From NCBI GenBank assembly GCA_965207455.1, contig CBDBMJ010000001.1:1024001-1088000 (forward strand): a DNA stretch of 64,000 bases. The letters run 5' to 3'. Under the pieces are notes generated by a model that saw only the letters and a program-made list of their open reading frames with translations, did no database searches and was not told the origin of the DNA. Both the position numbers and the translations under genes were made by a program. Source of the DNA: Bdellovibrionota bacterium. GTDB lineage: Bacteria > Bdellovibrionota > UBA1018 > CAIPTA01 > JAALKR01. Every line of letters begins with the position of its first letter. Position 1 is the stretch's first letter. Shown one piece after another: positions 59,828 through 64,000 of the stretch.

Positions 59828-60451
59828 ATGGAGCTACTACACTACTGGCGCTCAAGTTCTTCATGGCGTGTGCGCTGGGCTTTAGAAATAAAGGGATTGC
59901 AGTATAAGAGCCTGCCCATTAACCTCCTCCAGGGGGAAGAGAAACAAAGCACCTATCTAGAAAAAAATCCAGCAGGTCATGTGCCTCTATTGATCATAGA
60001 GGAGGAAAAGTTAGGGGAATCCATGGCCATTATGGAATGGCTAGAGGAAAGCTATCCCGAACCCTCCATACTCTATGGAAATGCTCTTGAACGAGCTCAA
60101 ATTCGCCGTTTAGCAGAAACAATCAATTCAGGCACCCAACCCCTACAAAATCTTAGTGTGATGAAGTACGTTTCCAGCACAAAAGAAAAACAAGTGCAGT
60201 GGTGCCAACATTGGCTAGAGCGTGGCCTAGGAGTATATGAATCTTTGTTGGAAAAAATTCATGAACCTCAGTGGCTTTTCTCCACAGGCAACACCCCATC
60301 CATTGCCGATTGTTGCCTCATACCTCAGTGCTATAATGGAGAGCGATTTTTCATCGCAATAGAGAAGTTTCCAAAAACTTATAAAATTTATACCCATGCT
60401 CTTAGCACGTCGGCCTGTATGGCAGCCCATCCTGATCGGTTTAAAACTTAA
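59828..60451 (+). CDS. maiA: Maleylacetoacetate isomerase (GST zeta)
   Basis: YWRSSSSWRVR, QPLQNL, ADCCLIPQ, AAHP. Confidence 0.9.
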   Translation: MELLHYWRSSSSWRVRWALEIKGLQYKSLPINLLQGEEKQSTYLEKNPAGHVPLLIIEEEKLGESMAIMEWLEESYPEPSILYGNALERAQIRRLAETINSGTQPLQNLSVMKYVSSTKEKQVQWCQHWLERGLGVYESLLEKIHEPQWLFSTGNTPSIADCCLIPQCYNGERFFIAIEKFPKTYKIYTHALSTSACMAAHPDRFKT

Positions 60452-62286
60452 ATACTATGGCGATACTCGTAAACCAAGTCTAAAAGCTTCTCTATAATAA
60501 TTTTTGAATTTTTAGTACTCTTTATTTCCTTACTTATACTCTCAGTTCCTTTTTGACTCTTTATCTTTATAAAGTTTTGCATAATTTGTAATAACTCATT
60601 CTTAGTGAATTTATTTCTTGCGCGAAGAATCTTTTCTGTAATATAAATAATAGCATCTCCAGTTACTGGAATATAACTGTTCTCTTTCCAAGCTCGCATC
60701 ATAAGAGAAACAAACGTACCCTTAGGAGAAGATTTCTTGATCACCTTGTTTACTAAATCAATATACTGCAATTGAAACTGACGAATTTTTCGTCTTTTAT
60801 TTCCATCTAATCTCAAACTCATTGGTGAGGAATATTGGGATTTTATGCAGCTCATGAAAACATCGGCACCAATGGGTTTTGGATCTTCAATAAAGTACTT
60901 GGGCAATTCCTGAAGAATATCTCTCATGGAGTACATTGGATAACAGTTGACACCGTCCTCTACCTTCTTAATTCCTTTTTCTGATTTCTTATACTCAAAC
61001 CATGAATAGATTTTATAAAATTCTCGTATAGCTTTTCCATGATTCCCCAACAAGAAACTTTGCTGTTTTCTATCGAACCCCATTTTCCTTAAAATATTTT
61101 TATTTTTATACTCTTCAAAACACTCATTAAACATTTTTAAGGATTTATGATTTTTAAATTTATTTATATTCTTTTTCTTTCCCGTATTTATATAATCTAC
61201 AATTTGGGCAAATGTTTGCAAAATATAAAGAGCTTTCCTTTTCTGCTCCACAATCGTGGTGGACATTCTATCTGCGTCATCATACCGGTACTGGTGATGG
61301 AATAAACCAAACTGACGAATGGAGCCATAGTCAATAATTCCTCCCGTAGTAAGCATATTATCCCCGTCCCAATCCATCCAACAAAAGATATACTCTTCCT
61401 CTAACTTTGCTGCAAATGTGCCATACCGGCGGGCAATGATATCTAAAAAATCATCATAACGATGAGCTCTGGCTTTTCTTATTTTCCAATTTTCATTTTG
61501 GATTTGCCTGTCGATAAAATAATCTATGGATGCTTGCAGACTCTTTAAATTATTTTGTTTTAAGTGATTGAAAAAATGGGAAGGACGAATAAGATTTTCT
61601 GATGTTCGAACTGTAATGCCCACATTACCAGGGAACTGAATCACAGCCAACACTCGCTCTGTCTCCACCCCTATCCTATGGAAAATCTCACTTAAAATAG
61701 CACTGGAAACTCCTTCATCTACACCCGCTAATCCAGAACCATAGGAATGATTTTTCGAACCAGTACAAATAAAATTTTCAGCTTCCACAGCCCCTGGACT
61801 TAATTTCGTTACCCCTGTGCCACAGGAGGAAAAATCCCATTGCTTGCCACGAAACTTCCTATGTCCATTCCAAATACTACGCCCATCTCCAGAGGTACTT
61901 CCATCTTTGCGACGATGCTGTATTTGTAGATAGCGCGTAGCCATGTAGTAATTAGGTTTTATATCCTTAGGAGGAATCTTTGTTTTCTTTTCAACGTCGT
62001 ATTCATTAATAATTTGAATGGCAAACGTATCCAATACTTTCTTCTCTAATTTCCCATTGATAAGATTGGGATGACTGTGGGGAATAAGACCCATCTCTTT
62101 GGCTAAATCAAAGTTAAAAAATAAAATCTTTCCGTCATGTTTTTTGCGAACCCGGTAGAGCACATATCCATCGGGAACAGCTTTCTGCCACGGATGCTTA
62201 CCATTGATCGCATCAAAGGTACGGTAGTCCGATTTTCTCTCCACACGGGGGCGTTCTTCTTTGGGACGCTGCTTTTCTTTCTTCAT
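60448..62286 (-). CDS. Divergent SelO/YdiU-like pseudokinase
   Basis: SGDGRS, GTGVT, SEIFHRIGVETERVL, DGDNM...IIDYGS correspond to SelO motifs. Confidence 0.65.
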   Translation of the reverse strand: MKKEKQRPKEERPRVERKSDYRTFDAINGKHPWQKAVPDGYVLYRVRKKHDGKILFFNFDLAKEMGLIPHSHPNLINGKLEKKVLDTFAIQIINEYDVEKKTKIPPKDIKPNYYMATRYLQIQHRRKDGSTSGDGRSIWNGHRKFRGKQWDFSSCGTGVTKLSPGAVEAENFICTGSKNHSYGSGLAGVDEGVSSAILSEIFHRIGVETERVLAVIQFPGNVGITVRTSENLIRPSHFFNHLKQNNLKSLQASIDYFIDRQIQNENWKIRKARAHRYDDFLDIIARRYGTFAAKLEEEYIFCWMDWDGDNMLTTGGIIDYGSIRQFGLFHHQYRYDDADRMSTTIVEQKRKALYILQTFAQIVDYINTGKKKNINKFKNHKSLKMFNECFEEYKNKNILRKMGFDRKQQSFLLGNHGKAIREFYKIYSWFEYKKSEKGIKKVEDGVNCYPMYSMRDILQELPKYFIEDPKPIGADVFMSCIKSQYSSPMSLRLDGNKRRKIRQFQLQYIDLVNKVIKKSSPKGTFVSLMMRAWKENSYIPVTGDAIIYITEKILRARNKFTKNELLQIMQNFIKIKSQKGTESISKEIKSTKNSKIIIEKLLDLVYEYRHSI

Positions 62287-62548
62287 ACAATAAATATCGG
62301 TGTATCGCGTTGTTTTCTTTAGCTTTCCACCCAAAATTGACCACGCAACCGTGTTAAAGGCGCATTTTTCTGCATTTATTCCTCCTTTACGCCTCCATAC
62401 AAAGCCTTTTATCCCCCATATATTTAGATAAAAGGAAATAAACGCAGCTTCCCATATTTCTTCCTCAAAGAACTACCCTGCTCACATCAAAAAATATCAA
62501 GCTAATGACCTTGCCTTTTCTTTTCTTTACAGGTTATAAGGTATCAAG

Positions 62549-63529
62549 ATGAATAAACTTACCTATGTGGCTGTTGCCGTTCTTGCTCTCCTTCTTTTTT
62601 CTCGAACCATCTTTTATACAGTGGAACCCGACGAAGAGGCCGTTATCCTGCGTCTGGGTAAATACATTGGTACCTTTCCCCCAGGTCTTCACTTTAAACT
62701 CCCACTGGGAATAGATGAATCCATTACGGTGAAAACTCGCCTCCGCTTGCAACAAGAATTTGGTTTTCGAACGAAAAATATTTCGGGCAGGCATACTACT
62801 TACGAAACAGATCCCTATAAAGATGAATCTCTGATGCTGACCGGTGATTTAAATGTCGCCAATGTGCACTGGGTGGTACAGTTTCGAATTGCGGAACCAA
62901 AAAAATATCTATTCCATACAAAAAATCCATCACAAAATCTCCAAGATATTTCTGAATCCGTTATGCGTAGAGTGGTGGGCGACCGAACAGTAGGAGCAGT
63001 TCTCACAACAGGAAGAGCCGCAGTAGAGGAAGACGCTCTCAAATTAACACAAATGATTATTAATAAATACGATATGGGCATACAAATTATTACGGTAAAA
63101 TTACAAAGCGTGGACCCACCTGAAGAAGTAAAAGCATCGTTTAATGAAGTAAACGCAGCCAAGCAGGAACAGGAAAGTGCAATTAACCAAGCAGAGAAGG
63201 AATATAACCGGGTAATACCAAGAGAAATAGGTAGGGCAGAAAAATCAATTACTACTGCTGAGGGATATGCTATTTCCGTAGTGAACCGGGCAAGAGGAGA
63301 TGCGGAAAAATTACGAAAAACATGGTTGGCCTACCGAAAGGCACCTAAAATTACTAAAAACCGAATGTTTTTAGAAACGATGGAAGAAGTTTTGGGACGA
63401 GTCGGAAAACTGATTATTCTAGATCCCAAGCTAAAGGGAATCATGCCCCTGTATGATTCCATGCCAAACAATTTATTAAAAAGCAGCAAAGAAATCATTG
63501 AAGCCAATAAACAGAAGGCGAGAGAATAA
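62549..63529 (+). CDS. hflK: FtsH protease modulator HflK
   Basis: SPFH domain, MLTGDLN, PPEEVKASFNEV, ARGDA. Confidence 0.93.
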   Translation: MNKLTYVAVAVLALLLFSRTIFYTVEPDEEAVILRLGKYIGTFPPGLHFKLPLGIDESITVKTRLRLQQEFGFRTKNISGRHTTYETDPYKDESLMLTGDLNVANVHWVVQFRIAEPKKYLFHTKNPSQNLQDISESVMRRVVGDRTVGAVLTTGRAAVEEDALKLTQMIINKYDMGIQIITVKLQSVDPPEEVKASFNEVNAAKQEQESAINQAEKEYNRVIPREIGRAEKSITTAEGYAISVVNRARGDAEKLRKTWLAYRKAPKITKNRMFLETMEEVLGRVGKLIILDPKLKGIMPLYDSMPNNLLKSSKEIIEANKQKARE

Positions 63530-63530
63530 C

Positions 63531-64000
63531 ATGAAAACATTTAGCGGAATTTTTGCATTATCTCTCTTTATTGTCTGTCTTTTTCTTCTGACAATGAGCA
63601 CATATATCTTGCGAGAAGGGCAGCAAGCAATTATTACTCGATTTGGTAAACCTGTTGGTCAAGCCGTAACAGCAGCAGGGCTACACTTCAAACTTCCTTT
63701 TGTACATAAGGTTCGCCTGTTGGAAAAGCGCATCCTTAATTGGGACGGAGAACCTCGCCAAATCCCCACCAGTGAGAAAAAATACATTAGCGTAGACACT
63801 ACTGCTCGATGGAAAATCATAGACCCATTAAAATTTATTCAAACAGTGCAAAACGAATACCAAGCCCGAACCCGCCTAGACACTATTCTAGACGCGGAAA
63901 CAAGAAAGGTAATTTCTAGACACCGTCTTGTGGAAGCCGTTCGAAATACTAATACCATTCTGGAAAGACCTAAGTCAAAAAATACAGAAGAAGAGGAAGT
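63531..64000 (+). CDS. hflC: FtsH protease modulator HflC (3'-truncated by window edge)
   Basis: ATG 63531, EGQQAIITRFGKP, GLHFKLPF, EKRILNWDG, VDTTARWKI. Confidence 0.92.
   Translation, partial: MKTFSGIFALSLFIVCLFLLTMSTYILREGQQAIITRFGKPVGQAVTAAGLHFKLPFVHKVRLLEKRILNWDGEPRQIPTSEKKYISVDTTARWKIIDPLKFIQTVQNEYQARTRLDTILDAETRKVISRHRLVEAVRNTNTILERPKSKNTEEEE

Overview
AT-rich bacterial chromosomal segment. The gene content (topoisomerase VI A/B, Tad-domain protein, many orphan secreted proteins) suggests a Bdellovibrionota-like predator, which is an inference. Core blocks are rpoZ-clpX-clpP/dusB, ygfZ, HMG-CoA reductase, top6B-top6A, a hbd-crt-ACAD-icmA-icmB acyl-CoA operon, xerC, eno-ftsB, rlmN, rimP-nusA-infB-rbfA-truB, rpsT, mltB, ggt, mltD, maiA, a SelO-like gene and hflK-hflC. 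Accessory regions are: (i) 1-3476, the tail of a very AT-rich biosynthetic operon (FAD amine oxidase, lysine N-hydroxylase, GNAT, EamA); (ii) two tandem DUF285/BspA lipoproteins; (iii) a pair of Gly-rich secreted paralogs; (iv) 15.7-23.5 kb, the most striking part; (v) an IS1595 with intact ends and target-site duplication. Region (iv) is an array of five paralogous secreted proteins bracketed by two paralogous outer-membrane-barrel-like genes. It is built from repeated units (IS1202-like end, TTGACA promoter, 5' hairpin, gene, terminator), and one gene is a clear chimera of two others. No CRISPR array, rRNA or tRNA was recognised. All calls come from reading the sequence and motifs; no searches were run.
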